Positions 52,401 through 64,000 of a stretch of DNA of 64,000 bases are shown here, piece by piece (position 1 is the first letter of the stretch; each line of letters starts with the position of its first letter). The notes beneath the pieces are model-generated. The model saw only the letters and a list, made by a program, of their open reading frames with translations. It ran no database searches and was not told the origin of the DNA. The stretch comes from Octopus sinensis (lineage: Eukaryota): assembly GCF_006345805.1 (NCBI RefSeq), contig NC_043008.1:23560001-23624000 (forward strand), in the 5' to 3' direction. Made by a program: the position numbers and the translations under genes.

Positions 52401-54777
52401 GTAGAACTACTGTCAGCTTTTTGGACAACTATCACGCAACAGCTGGGTGAAAGATCAGCCATCTGTCACAAATGATTCTAATCTAGTTCAATCGGTGATA
52501 TTGGTCTGTTTATAATTATTTTTTCCGGGCAGGGCTGATACCATGCATGACCCAGTCGAAAGTAGTCAATTGATAAGAGTCAGTAACCCCTCTTCCTAAG
52601 GTCTCTTAGGTTAGGTTAGGTGTTTGGCTTGGGTTAGCTGTATGGCTTCATGGGCACATGATGTGCAGCATCATATTCTTTGCTTCCTTAAATTCCAGAC
52701 TATGAACAATGTCTTCCAGAGGGGTGCTGACTTTTTGATACATCACTAGTGTATATTACCTTTCCCATTAGTATATCTTAGGCCAACTATGTGATATCAA
52801 ACGGTAAGAAAATAAAGGAATTTTTTGTGGAAGAATGAGAATCATCTTAAGATAACTTTAACAATATTGGCTATAGTCATTCCCAAGAGCAGTGACCAGC
52901 CGCATGATACACGATCGCGCTGTCAATAAAGGATTTCTATTAGTAATTTCTTCTTTGATGACCAGTATGTACCAAATTCAGAATTTATGGACATCCTTTG
53001 AGTGGTGTGTCGGGTGTGAGTCTGTTGTCTTATTGGGTTGATGTTGCAAATGATATTTGGTTTTGAAAGCATGTAATGATGTTATGGATGAACGTCAGTG
53101 CTGACTGGTCCAACGTCTTACGTTTCATTTCTGCAACACTTTTACAGATACTAACAATTCTAAGACAAAATGTGGTTAATATTTGGTAGAATGTCTTCTG
53201 CCACGTTCAATACAACAACTGTATCTGATTGCTTCTTATTGTCAGTGAATTACTCAATGCTTCTGTGTATCAACTTAAATATATAACATACTTGAATTGT
53301 CTATTCCACTTGCAAGGCCATGTGTTATAGACGTGTAGACATATCTTTACAAATTCCGTGGCACATTTGATAGATATTGAATTACATCCTTTGGTCATTG
53401 TATTGACAGTGTTCTTGTATGTTTATCTATCTCCTCATTATGCACAAGTATGGCGTGCATGACTTTTTCTGTGACGTCCAAGAAAAGATATTCCTTGGTT
53501 TAAAACGATATTTTAAAATCAAAGATCATCTCTATATATACATAAACGCAAAATGTGTGTGTGTGTGTGTTTGTGTGTGTATGTGTGTGTGTGTCCTTTA
53601 TACAAATCCACAATTTTTTAGTTAGAGGGTTCGCACTTTCCATGGTTATTTAAAACCGTCCAAGGATGGTCGTGCACATCTTTACATTTCCCCAATCCCC
53701 CCGCAAAGCCATTAAAAAATCAATAGAATGGACTTTTTTGTCAATTTTCTATCCAAAACACAATCAAAATGCCCGAAACTTGATACGCCAATTGAATGCA
53801 GCTAGCTGTATGTGATTGGTCGGAGATTTGGAGAGTGCTCGCATGTATGTGCGCACGCACGCACGCAGCTGTATATGCATGCATGACTCAATGCGCAAAC
53901 TAAGAGGCCAGTTTATGAACACGTGAGAAATAATTAACGAATACGGCTAAGTGAATGTCAAGAAAAAGGGGGATTTTCATGAAAGGCCAAATATGCTTGC
54001 TATGTTATCATTCTTGAAGTATGCCATAAGGGAGTTGGAGCCTATTTAATGACTCTGCTTAAGAAGCGCTTTCAATTGATTAAAATTATCCAGCGAGTTG
54101 AACCCTTAAGAGATTTTTCGAAAAGTTTCTTTGTTTGCATAAATCTAGCGGCTTCATTTAGCTACAAATCGAATCATTTGATATCTACATAGCTGATACT
54201 TAGGATTATCAGGTTGATCTTTTCGGTGAAGAATTCCTAGGCTGGTTCGAATTGACCAAAATTCTCAATAGATCAGTAGCACAACAATTAACCTAACGAG
54301 GAGAGGTCGTGCTGTTTGCACTCTTTTAGCCTTACCCTGAATTTTGTTCGAACCATATTTGGTTCTACCAATGGTAGCCATCAAGCAGATGAACATAGCT
54401 ACAATTCCTAGACAATTCAAGGCCAGAGCTCATGAATTTTTCTGCACTGCTTTTAATAAGGCTTCACGACCAACGCTTCATTATAACATTCCCGTAGGTC
54501 TTTTTTTGTGTACGCGTGATTCACGGGATCATCAAACGGGTGATGGAAAAAATCTCAACATGTACTGGCCATGACAATGCAACGCTGCTGAGGCCATGTA
54601 TAACCGTTCAACCTTGAACGCGCGGCCTAGATCATTACCCAATCAGATTCAATTAAACGTGAGGATTTATTCTTTGGCGTCCAGACTCCAACGCTTTTCA
54701 CAATCACGCTTTGAGGCTCGGTTATCGTTACTGACCGCAAGTTCCTGTTCATTCATAACGCTACACTATACTTATCA

Positions 54778-55260
54778 GTTTTATTTGGGTTGCCCGGTCA
54801 TATATTTGCCTAGCAACTCATTAATTAACACTGTTGCATTTCGTTTCCCCTTTTGCGTAAAATAACCGTTTTGTGTTTGAAATCAGTACACGCTTTGAGT
54901 ATTGCCTAAATAAGTTTTGAGTATTGACTAAATAAACTATTGGCCGATATCGGCATCCTTTGTTTAACATAAGAAAACATTTTTTCGTTTGAAACCACTT
55001 TTGATTACTGTTTTTTGATAAGTCAATTTTTGCCGTAGTTTTATTTGGGTTGCCCGGTCATATTTTTGCCAAGCAACTCATCAATTAACACTGCTGCATT
55101 TTGTTCCCCCTTTTGCGTAAAATAACTGTTTTGTGTTTGATATTAGTACTCGTTTTGAGTATTGCCTAAATAATTGCCTAAATCGGTTTTCAGTATTGTT
55201 TTGAGTATTTTTTAACATTTTTTTTTAACATAAGAAAACATTTTTTCGTTTGATACCACT
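54778..55260 (+). repeat. ~260-bp direct tandem duplication in the Helitron leader
   Basis: GTTTTATTTGGGTTGCCCGGTCATAT..GCAACTCAT..TTTTGCGTAAAATAAC at ~54778 and ~55038. Confidence 0.85.
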
Positions 55261-55469
55261 TTTTGATTACTGTGTTTTGACCAGCCAATTTTTCTCCTGT
55301 TTTTAACTACCCTTTGTTTGCCAGTCAGTTCTCACTTTTGCCATTTTCGTTTTGTTGTGTAATTCAGTAAACCTAAAAAAAGCGTGGTAACGTTTGTTGG
55401 AAATTAGTTAACTCAGTCCACATAACCAAACCCATTTCCGGTTCACTTACATTTTGTTGATTAACCAAA

Positions 55470-58400
55470 ATGCCCCTAAAGAAGAGACCTTGCATTGGAA
55501 GAAGGACGGCTGATTCAGAGGCTAAGAGGGCCAGAAGGGTTAATGAAGAGCCCCAAGACAGATCTAGTCGATTAGCTCGGACTGCTGCTGCCACGGCCAC
55601 CGCAAGCGCTGCTGAAACTCCAAAACAAACACAGGCCCGCCGTTCTCGGAATGCTGCTGCCATGGCCACCGCAAGGGCTGCTGAAACTCCAGAAAAAGCA
55701 CAGGTCCACCGTTCTCAAGATGTTGCTGCCACGGCCACCACAAGGGCTGCCGAAGCTCCAGAACAAACACAGGCCCGCCGTTCTCAAGATGCTGCTGCCA
55801 CGGCCATCGTGTGATCAATAGAAAGCCCCGCGCGGAGGCGCACAACGCTGCATGCTGCAACTGCCCGACGAGAGGAAAAGATTAAAATTTCAAGCCCAAA
55901 GCCTAAATTCTGGGGCATGAAGGCTTTCACCTACGTTCCGACGACGAATTACTTCTCTTGCACCGACATTCGCATTGGAAATATGCGCTCAATCTGCGAA
56001 CACTGCAACGCTATGAAATGGCCCGGTGAAACGTCCGGCATGTGCTGTTCCAATGGCAAAGTCCAGCTCCCTCCTCTTTGAGACCCTCCACAGCCTCTTC
56101 GGGACCTTCTCGCTGGCACTGCGCCAAGATCATCGGACTTCCTACAAGCCATTCGGACCTACAATTCTGTATTCCAGATGACTTCTTTCGGCGCCAAAGT
56201 TGTCCGGGAACAAGGGTGGATGCCAACATTCAAAGTTCAAGTGCAGGTGTACCACCTGATGGGATCTTTGCTTCCAAGAGACAACAACTCACCGGCGTTT
56301 TTGCAGTTATTCTTCACCTCCGAATACGATAGGCAGGCCGCTGCTAGAGAAGCCATCTTCCCACAGCGCAGAGGCAACAACCAAGACGCTCCAACTTTCA
56401 ACAGAGAGGTTCTTCTGGGGCTTCAAAATATGCTCCATGACAACAACACGTATATTACGAGCTTGAAGTAAGCCCTGGAATTAACGGATTCACCCAACTT
56501 AAAAATAATCATTGATGCCGACAGTCGACCGTCTGGCGAACATCCTGGCCAATACAATGCTCCCACGTACAATGAGGTGGCAGTTCTGCATGTAGACCAA
56601 TCCAACCCAAGAGACGTAGTCATCGCAAGACGTGGTGGTGGCCTTCAGAGGATTCGGGAACCCACGCTCCTATGACGCGTTACAATACCCACTACTTTTT
56701 GCCTACGGAGAAGATGGGTACCATTTCGGGATTCTGCTTCACCAACCAGATGACCCTTCTGAAACGTTGGAAAAGACAGTAACGTCGAGGGCATTCTACG
56801 CCTACCTCTTTATGCTTCGCACAAACAATTTCAACCATCTGTACCGAACGAGGGATCTGTTCCACCAGTTTGCCGTCGACATGGGTGCCAAGGTGAAATC
56901 CGAATGACTGGCTTACATCAAAACACATCAAAGAGAATTTCGTTCCGACTGTTACGCCCGCCTTCACGATGGACTTCAAAGCGACGCGAATCCTCGAGAT
57001 CTCGAGAAGTCTTGCCTACTTCCATCAACTTTTACGGGGACGGGGTCCGCGATACATGTACGAACGCACAAAAGTTGCGTTCACGTACGTCCTTCATTTT
57101 GGCCGATCGGACCTTTTTATAACTTTCACATGTAATCCCAGGTGGGTTGAAATTACGCGTGAATTGCTGCCTGGCCAGCAACCCTCGCATAGGCACAACC
57201 TTATGGCTCGTGTGTTCAGCCTGAAATTAGCCAAAATGATGTCTTTATTCAAACAAGGGCAAATTTTCGGCCCTGTAGGGTGCGACTGCTACACCATTGA
57301 GTGGCAGAAGAGGGCCAACCCTCATGCACACATTCTACTTTGGCTTCTCACCAAACTGAATACCAATGACATCGAGTCCATCATTTTGGCTTAGCTTCCT
57401 GATCCGGCCGTTGATCAGGAACTACATAACATTGTGTCATCGAACATGATTCACGGGCCATGTGCTTCGTGTCATCACACATTCCACAAAGGGGGGGGCG
57501 TGCAGTAAGGGCTTCCCCAAGCCTTTTGTCACTGAGACTTAGAGCTCCCGACATGGCTACCCGCTATACAGGCGGAAAAGCCCAGACAGTGACGGATTAA
57601 CCGCAACAGTAAGGGGGGAAGAAGTTGACAATTGGTGGGTAGTGCCATACTGCCCCTTGCTCTCTAAAACCTTTAATGCGCGTATCAATGTAGAGTTTTG
57701 CGGCTCCATATCGGTGATCAGATACCTTTTCAAATACGTTAACAAAGGCTCAGACGCAGCCGCTTTGGGACTCCAAAGTGCCAGTGAGCGTGATGAAGTA
57801 ACCGATTACAGCTCCGCCCGTTACCTCAGCACTGACGAGGCCTTCTGGCGGATTTTCATTCTTTCAATCCACCACAGGAATCCGCCTGTCACTAAGTTGG
57901 CGGATCATTTAGAAAATGACCAGCAAGTCTTCTTCACCGAAGGCAATGCTGCTCAGTTGGCTGCCCAACCAAAAGACACAACCCTCACTGCGGTCTTCAA
58001 ACTGTGCCAAAAAGACTCGTTTGCCAAGCAACTGCTCTACCCGAACGTTCCGTCCTAAAATAAATGGAGAAGCTGTCGCCGGTTTCCCGGGCGTTAAGAA
58101 ATCAACTTCTCTTGGTAGGGTGCCACCGACTTTTAAAGAATGTTTTTATTTGCGACTTCTCCTTCATGAAGTTCTCGGACCGGAAAGTTTTGCGGACATT
58201 CACACGGTTGATGGTGTAGTCCATGACACCTACCGAGCTGTCTGCCTACAGCGTGGGGTCCTTGATGATGATTTGCAGTGAGATAGGGCCTTAGGCCAAT
58301 GGGTTCTGCGAAACTCACCGAAAAGCTTGCGTGAACTTTTTTGCTTTCATGCTTCACCATTGTGGGTTAGACGATCCATTTCTTTGTGGATCAAGTATAG

Positions 58401-59989
58401 GAATGATGATTTCTATTGGTCCGTTCAGCAACAGTGTCCCAACATAGAGATTGGGTACACCGATTTGATGTACTACAGGGCACTCATTGAAATGGAGGCT
58501 GCTCTGATCGACATGGGTGCAGGGGCGCTGAGCACATTCGGCCTGCCACCTGCAATCAGAGAGGGCGTTGTAGCTTTTGGACCGAAATTAAACCAGGAGC
58601 TTTCCTATGACGTGGAAAAACTTGCACAATTCATCGGGGAAAATGAACCCAAACTCCTGGACGATCAAGGGCGTGCGTACGAAGCGGTCGTTCATGCCGT
58701 CAATCAAGGGGTGGGTGGAATTTTCTTTCTCGATGCTCCCAGGGGCACTGGAAAATCTTTCGTAACTAAATTAATTCTTGCCCGAGTTCGTCGAGACAAG
58801 AAAATTGCACTGGCCGTGGCAATCTCGGGCCTCGCGACTACGTTGATGCCTTTGGATTTGGTATGGTCCGAGGCTCGAACGTGTAATATTAAAAAAATTC
58901 AGATGACACAGACGTCCTGAAACGTTGTCATTTGATCGCATGGGATGAGTGCACCATGGCACATAAGGGTGCTCTTGAAGCCGTGGATAGGTGCTTGAGA
59001 GATATAAGGGACTCCTCCGCCGTTATGGGCGGTGTGGTCGTATTGCTTTCGGGTGACTTCCGCCAAACACTCCCCCTCATCCTCAGCGGCACCAGGGCTG
59101 ATGAGGTCCAAAGTACCTAAAGTCTTCCGAGTTGTGGACAAAAGTGGATACATATCGGTTAGAAACAAACATGCGCGCCTACTTACTCGGTGACGCAACC
59201 TCTGCATTGTTTGCTGCTGACCTTTTAGACCTTGGGGAAGGGAAGGTTCCCAAAAATGATAAGGGTGAAATCTCCATCTCGCACCTTTGCAGTTCAGTTG
59301 AACGCCCTTCCGACTTCTATGACTCGGTTTTCCCGGATTTGCAAAACAAGTATGCCGACATGGCATATCTCAGCGAAAGAGCCATCCTGGCTCCCAACAA
59401 CGTTTCCATAGATGACATCAACGAACAACTCCCCAACCGAATAAAGCGTGAGGAACGTGTCTACAAGTCGATTGACAGAATCCCAGGCCCACAGGAAGCT
59501 TCCCAAATCCCGATCGAGTTGTTGCACGCTTTGATGCCACCAGGGCTTCCACCTTACACTCTGCAGCTGAGAGTGGGTTGTTCCATCGTGATAATCCGGA
59601 ATTTGCGTCCGCCAACGTAGTGCAACGGCACGCGATTGGTCGTCAAGTCATTGTCCAATGATTTGATTGAAGCAATCATCATAACGGGAAAAGAAAAAGG
59701 GGAAACTGTCTACATTGCAAGAATGGACATATTTTTTGCGCCATCAGATATTCCCTTTACTTTCTGTCGGACGCAATTTCCGGTGAAGCTTTGCTTTGCG
59801 ATGTCAATTAACAAATCGCAGGGACAGACACTCTCAGCCGCGGGAGTACATTTGGGCGAGCCCTGCTTTTCACATGGCAACTTTATGTTGCCTGCTTCTG
59901 TGTTGGAAGTAGGAATGCCTTGTTTGTATATGCCCCTGAGAGTAAAACCAGAAATATTGTTTACTCCGAGGTTTTGCAAGACCAAATGA
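55470..59989 (+). pseudogene. Helitron Rep (HUH)/PIF1 helicase, multiple stops and frameshifts
   Basis: CEHC..KWPGE..MCCSNGK; YDALQYPLL; DLFITFTCNP; EWQKRANPHAHIL; YLFKYVNKG; FLDAPRGTGKSF; WDECTM; GDFRQTLP; FAMSINKSQGQTL. Confidence 0.92.
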
Positions 59990-60414
59990 TTATAAATTAA
60001 GCATGTTTAACGGACTACAGGTCCTTTTTGTGAAAGCTGTCGGCAAGTTTTGGTTAGTTATCCCAATGCGGATCCCCATACCTTCATTGTTCAATGGTCC
60101 TTAACCCTTTGCAGTCGTACTCCTTCGAAAAAAAAATATATAATCAAAATAAGATTTATTTGAATCTAAATTTATGCTGAACTTATATATATATAAATTA
60201 AATTAGAGATAAAACCACTATTAGGCAACTCAAACAGTGATAGACATAAATCAAAACATAAAAAACAAAAAATAAATATAATTAATACAATATACAAAAT
60301 ATATATAAAATATAAAATTTAAAATTTAAATCATTGAAATTTGAAATTTTAAAATTTATATTTTTATATTTTTATATTATAAATTTTAAATTTATAAATT
60401 TTTAAACTTTTAAA

Positions 60415-61275
60415 GTTTTTTAAACTAACCAAAATGTATTAAAAAATTTGATATAATATAATAAGTAAAACCACTACGTACGTTTCATGACTATAATTCA
60501 ATTCGAATTACAATTAAGTTTAAATTCAATTAAAAATTCGAATTAAAATTATAGTCAATCTTCAGGTTAATGATAATAGTTAAATAAATAAGCAAATAGA
60601 GTTAAGCAATATTTTTTAAGAAATAAATAAAATAATAACTATATTATTTTTAAATTTAAGTTCAAATCTGATAATTATAAAATATTTAAGAATAATAACT
60701 AAATTATTATCAATAATATAAAAATTGAGATCTAAAATTTACTTTATCAATAAATATATAGACATATAATGAAAACTAAATAAATTAATTAGTCCATTAT
60801 TACTTATTTAAAAATATGAATAGTGATTATTTTGTTAAATAATTTGGTAATTAGATATTGACTATAACTGAGTTTAGGATATTCGTGAGTTTATTATGTT
60901 TTTAAAGCCATATTATATCTTAATAGATAAATACATTTTTCTATCTATTTTCTTACCTTAATAATTAATATTTAACATAATAAATGGGTTGTATGACATA
61001 ATCATAATGTTTTAAGTTTCTAATTTGATAAATATTTTTTTATAAGAAAAATTATTATTTTATTTATTTCTTTAAAAATATTGCTTAACTCTATTTGCTT
61101 ATTTATTTAACTATTATCATTAACCTGAAGATTGACTATAATTTTAATTCGAATTTTTAATTGAATTTAAACTTAATTGTAATTCGAATTGAATTATAGC
61201 CATGAAATGTACGTAGTGTTTTTATTTATTATATTATATTAAACTTTTTAATACTTTTTAGTCAGTTTTAAAAAA
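60415..61275. repeat. Extremely AT-rich foldback (~225-bp arms, ~400-bp spacer)
   Basis: 60466-60640 near-identical in reverse complement to 61040-61222; outer parts more diverged. Confidence 0.9.
60471..60570 (-). ncRNA. Hammerhead-like motif with ~70-nt stem II (partner at 61121-61220, plus)
   Basis: CTGAAGA-T-TGACTATAATT...AATTATAGTCA-T-GAAA-CGTACG-TA; perfect ACGTACGT stem III; stem I only ~2 bp. Confidence 0.5.
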
Positions 61276-62244
61276 TGCAATATTGCGGACCGCACGTCTT
61301 CGAGAAACTATTCAGTTTCTGATGATGGACGAAATTAAAATCTTCTCTCCTTGTGAGGAATGCACTTATGTGTTTCGATCTGAAAGCGACATAACTCCTG
61401 GTTTCACAAGATCATTTTTATACAGGGGGCTTTACCTTTCAGATCTTGCACCGAATGTACAACCCGTTAGCTAACTGTCCTCGGAAAAGATAACAAGTTG
61501 TGGTCTTTTTATGTTCTTATTGCAGTTCTTGTTTTGTAAACAGCTTTTGTTATTAATGCTGTGGTTGATGTTACTCTTGTCAACTTCATTCTTGATGTTT
61601 TTGTTTTCGTTCTCACGCTTTCTATTGTTGTTGTTCGTGCTGTTGCCGCTGTAGCTGTTTCTACAGCTGCTGATGTTGTACACAATGCCGTTACTGTTGT
61701 TAATATTGTTATTGCTATTGTATTTGTTTTCACTAATGATCCTGCTACTCTTTGTACCTATGCAGGTGTTGCTGTTGTCATAGCAACATGACAAAATTTT
61801 GTAACATGCAGTAAATGTATTTCAGATCCGACCTTCGTGTCATTGACGCCATGTTTCGTTATTATGGCTACACTGGCCCTCAAAATTAGATCAACGAAAC
61901 GCTCTCTGTCATCGATTGTTATCACTGAGTCGTGTTCCGACAATTTTTTAAAGTTTTGAAACTTTTCGAGCTCTTTGTTTTTACCAGGAATTCAAAATAT
62001 TATTGAGTCGCAATTCCAAAAGGGAGCACATTTAAACAGAAATATTACCACTGCAATCCAGACAAGGTCAGCAACAAAGTTACCAATAAATAAAGGACTG
62101 ACTGACATCAGCGAAATGATTGATAAAACTCACAAAACTAACAGAACAACTCCAAGTTGCTGTGACTCCACAGTAGGGGCCATAACAGCAACAAAGACAT
62201 CATCAACAACAAAGACATCATCAACAACAAAAACAAATAATAAT

Positions 62245-62430
62245 AATCCTTTCTTCTCTAGGTACAAGGTCTGACATTTATTGCGAGGAGGCTAGTCTTT
62301 TACATCGACCTCAGTGCTCAACTGGTACTTATTTTATCGACCTCTAAAGAATAAAAGATAAGATCGACAATAAACATAAAGTCGGACGATATGCTGCTAA
62401 GTATTTTGTCTGTTGTAATAACTATTCTGT
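62245..62430 (-). mobile_element. Decayed SINE
   Basis: ACATCGACCTCAGTGCTCAACTGGTACTTATTTTATCGACC. Confidence 0.6.
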
Positions 62431-62469
62431 CAGCTTTCCCCCTTAATAAAAACAACAACGAGCACCTTG

Positions 62470-63290
62470 AATTTACTACAAGAACAGAAATGTTGCAGGA
62501 AGAAGGATAGAGGAACGCATGGTCTCTAGACAAAGCAGTTCTAAATGCAGTAAAAACAATCGCATGGATAGATTATAAGAAAGTTTATGACCTGTTCCCA
62601 CACTCATGGATAAGTGATTGTTAGAGTATATTCGGTATAGTAAATGATATAAGAGAATTAATTAGTTTTAGTATGAAGAAATGGAAAGTAGATCTCTACT
62701 CAGGTGACACGGTCTTAGGGAAAGTTGATATCAAGGGAGGAATTTTCCAAGGGGAAGCGTTATCCCCTTTAATATTTGTCTTATGTTTGGTTACCCTCAG
62801 TTTAGTATTAAGGAAGGCAAACGCAGGGTATCAGTTCAGAAATAGTAATGGAAAAATTAACAATTTGCTCTACATGGGTGATATGAAGCTTTTTAATAAG
62901 AATGAAAAAGAGAAAGATTCCTTAATATAGGCCATAAGACTCTTCGGCAAAGATATAGGCATGAAATTTGGCATAGATAAGTGTACAATATTAGTCATGA
63001 GAAGCAGATAGATAGTCAACAGTGAAAGCATCCAGTTATCAGATGGCTAGATATTAAAATCATTGAAAGGAGGGGAAAGTTATAAATATCTAGGAGTATT
63101 AGAATCCGACAGAGTACTAACTATAGAAATAAGAACGAAAATTGAGGAGTACATCAGAAGGGTGAGGAAGCTTATGAGATCAATGATAAATGGTCCCAAT
63201 TTAGTGATGGTTGTAAATACTTGGGCACTCTTAGATATTTAGCAACTTTTATAGATTGGACAAAAACTGAATTAGCAAATATAGACAAAA
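62470..63290 (+). mobile_element. R4/Dong-type LINE RT fragment
   Basis: AWIDYKKVYDLFPHSW, IFQGEALSPLIFVL, NNLLYMGDMKLF, GMKFGIDKC, YKYLGVLE. Confidence 0.85.
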
Positions 63291-63526
63291 TCTAGGCGCA
63301 GGAATGGCAGTGTGGTAAGAAGCTTGCTTTCCACTGCGAATATCAGTGTTTTTCGTAGCGCTGAAAGAAGTGTAAAGCTGGCGAAATATCGATTGAAAAA
63401 GAAGCTCAACTGTAAGGTAAGGATTTTGTTTTTGGGTCCAGTGGGGGTTTGATGTAATTATTTTTGTACAACCAAGAAATCCTTACTGGATTCTAGACTC
63501 TGTTCTGCCTGCAGATGGGCAAAATT

Positions 63527-63750
63527 TGTTCACTTTAAGTGAGTAGTTTTTCTCACTTAATTGTGAGAATTGTTGTCTTGGAGGCGTATCTCGCCTCCAA
63601 AAATAGTTGAACTTCTTCACCAATTTTTTGTGAAATTTGTGGAAGCAATTTGTTCACTTTAAGTGAATAGTTTTTCTCAATTAATTGCGAGAATTGTTGT
63701 TGTAGAGGCGTATCTCGCCTCCAAAAATTGTTGAACTTCACCAATTTTTG
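63527..63750 (+). repeat. ~124-bp direct tandem duplication
   Basis: TTGTTCACTTTAAGTGA..GAGGCGTATCTCGCCTCCAAAAAT..TTGAACTTC twice. Confidence 0.85.
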
Positions 63751-64000
63751 TAGAAGCTATGTTCCAGTTGCTGTGTTCCGGTTTCGAGTTGGAGGCCTGG
63801 ATTACCTAGTGGGCGGAAGATTTGTGCTTCCTATGTTTTTTGAACTGTTGAACTGTTGAACTGTTTTCTTTCCTTCTATCTTTTTGGGGGATTTTCTTTT
63901 TTTTCTTGAACTATTTTCTTTTTTTCCTTCCTTTTTGTTGTGACTTTCTTTTTTGGATTGAATACACTATCCGCCGGGATCTGGGTGGTAGCGGAGCCAA

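Larger units (their letters stand above)
53529..60057 (+). mobile_element. Helitron (formerly autonomous), ~6.5 kb
   Basis: A|TC-TCTATATATACATAAA 5' end; Rep/helicase ORF; putative degenerate 3' end GTTAG (uncertain). Confidence 0.8.

Noticed and set aside
61318-61345. CTGATGA-TGGAC-GAAA
   Set aside because: No pairing in stems I or III.

Overview
AT-rich, microsatellite-laden eukaryotic DNA. The SINE, RTE and R4/Dong repeat families look cephalopod (Octopus-like); this is an inference from recognised repeats, not a search. No intact host gene is visible. The window is a transposon graveyard containing: a near full-length RTE LINE (3.3-7.5 kb, minus); several R4/Dong-type RT-RLE LINE remnants; three Penelope-like (RT/GIY-YIG) remnants; two TIR-bounded Tc1/mariner elements (D,D34D and D,D41D) plus fragments; a ~6.5-kb Rep/PIF1 Helitron; tRNA-type SINEs (some in tandem arrays); a probable solo LTR; and a processed SLIRP-like RRM pseudogene. 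The strongest signal not shown by the ORF track is a dense set of type I hammerhead-ribozyme (HHR) motifs. There are about 12 loci or inverted pairs from unrelated sequence families, mostly 45-160 nt upstream of a (TA)n tract and often paired in outward-facing foldbacks. Four independent families carry a U3-A8 swap of the core C3-G8 pair (TTGAnAA instead of CTGAnGA). A Ulp1/C48-like protease remnant lies directly upstream of the longest Penelope ORF. All RNA folds were paired by eye and all protein assignments are by motif recognition; coordinates of degenerate elements are approximate.
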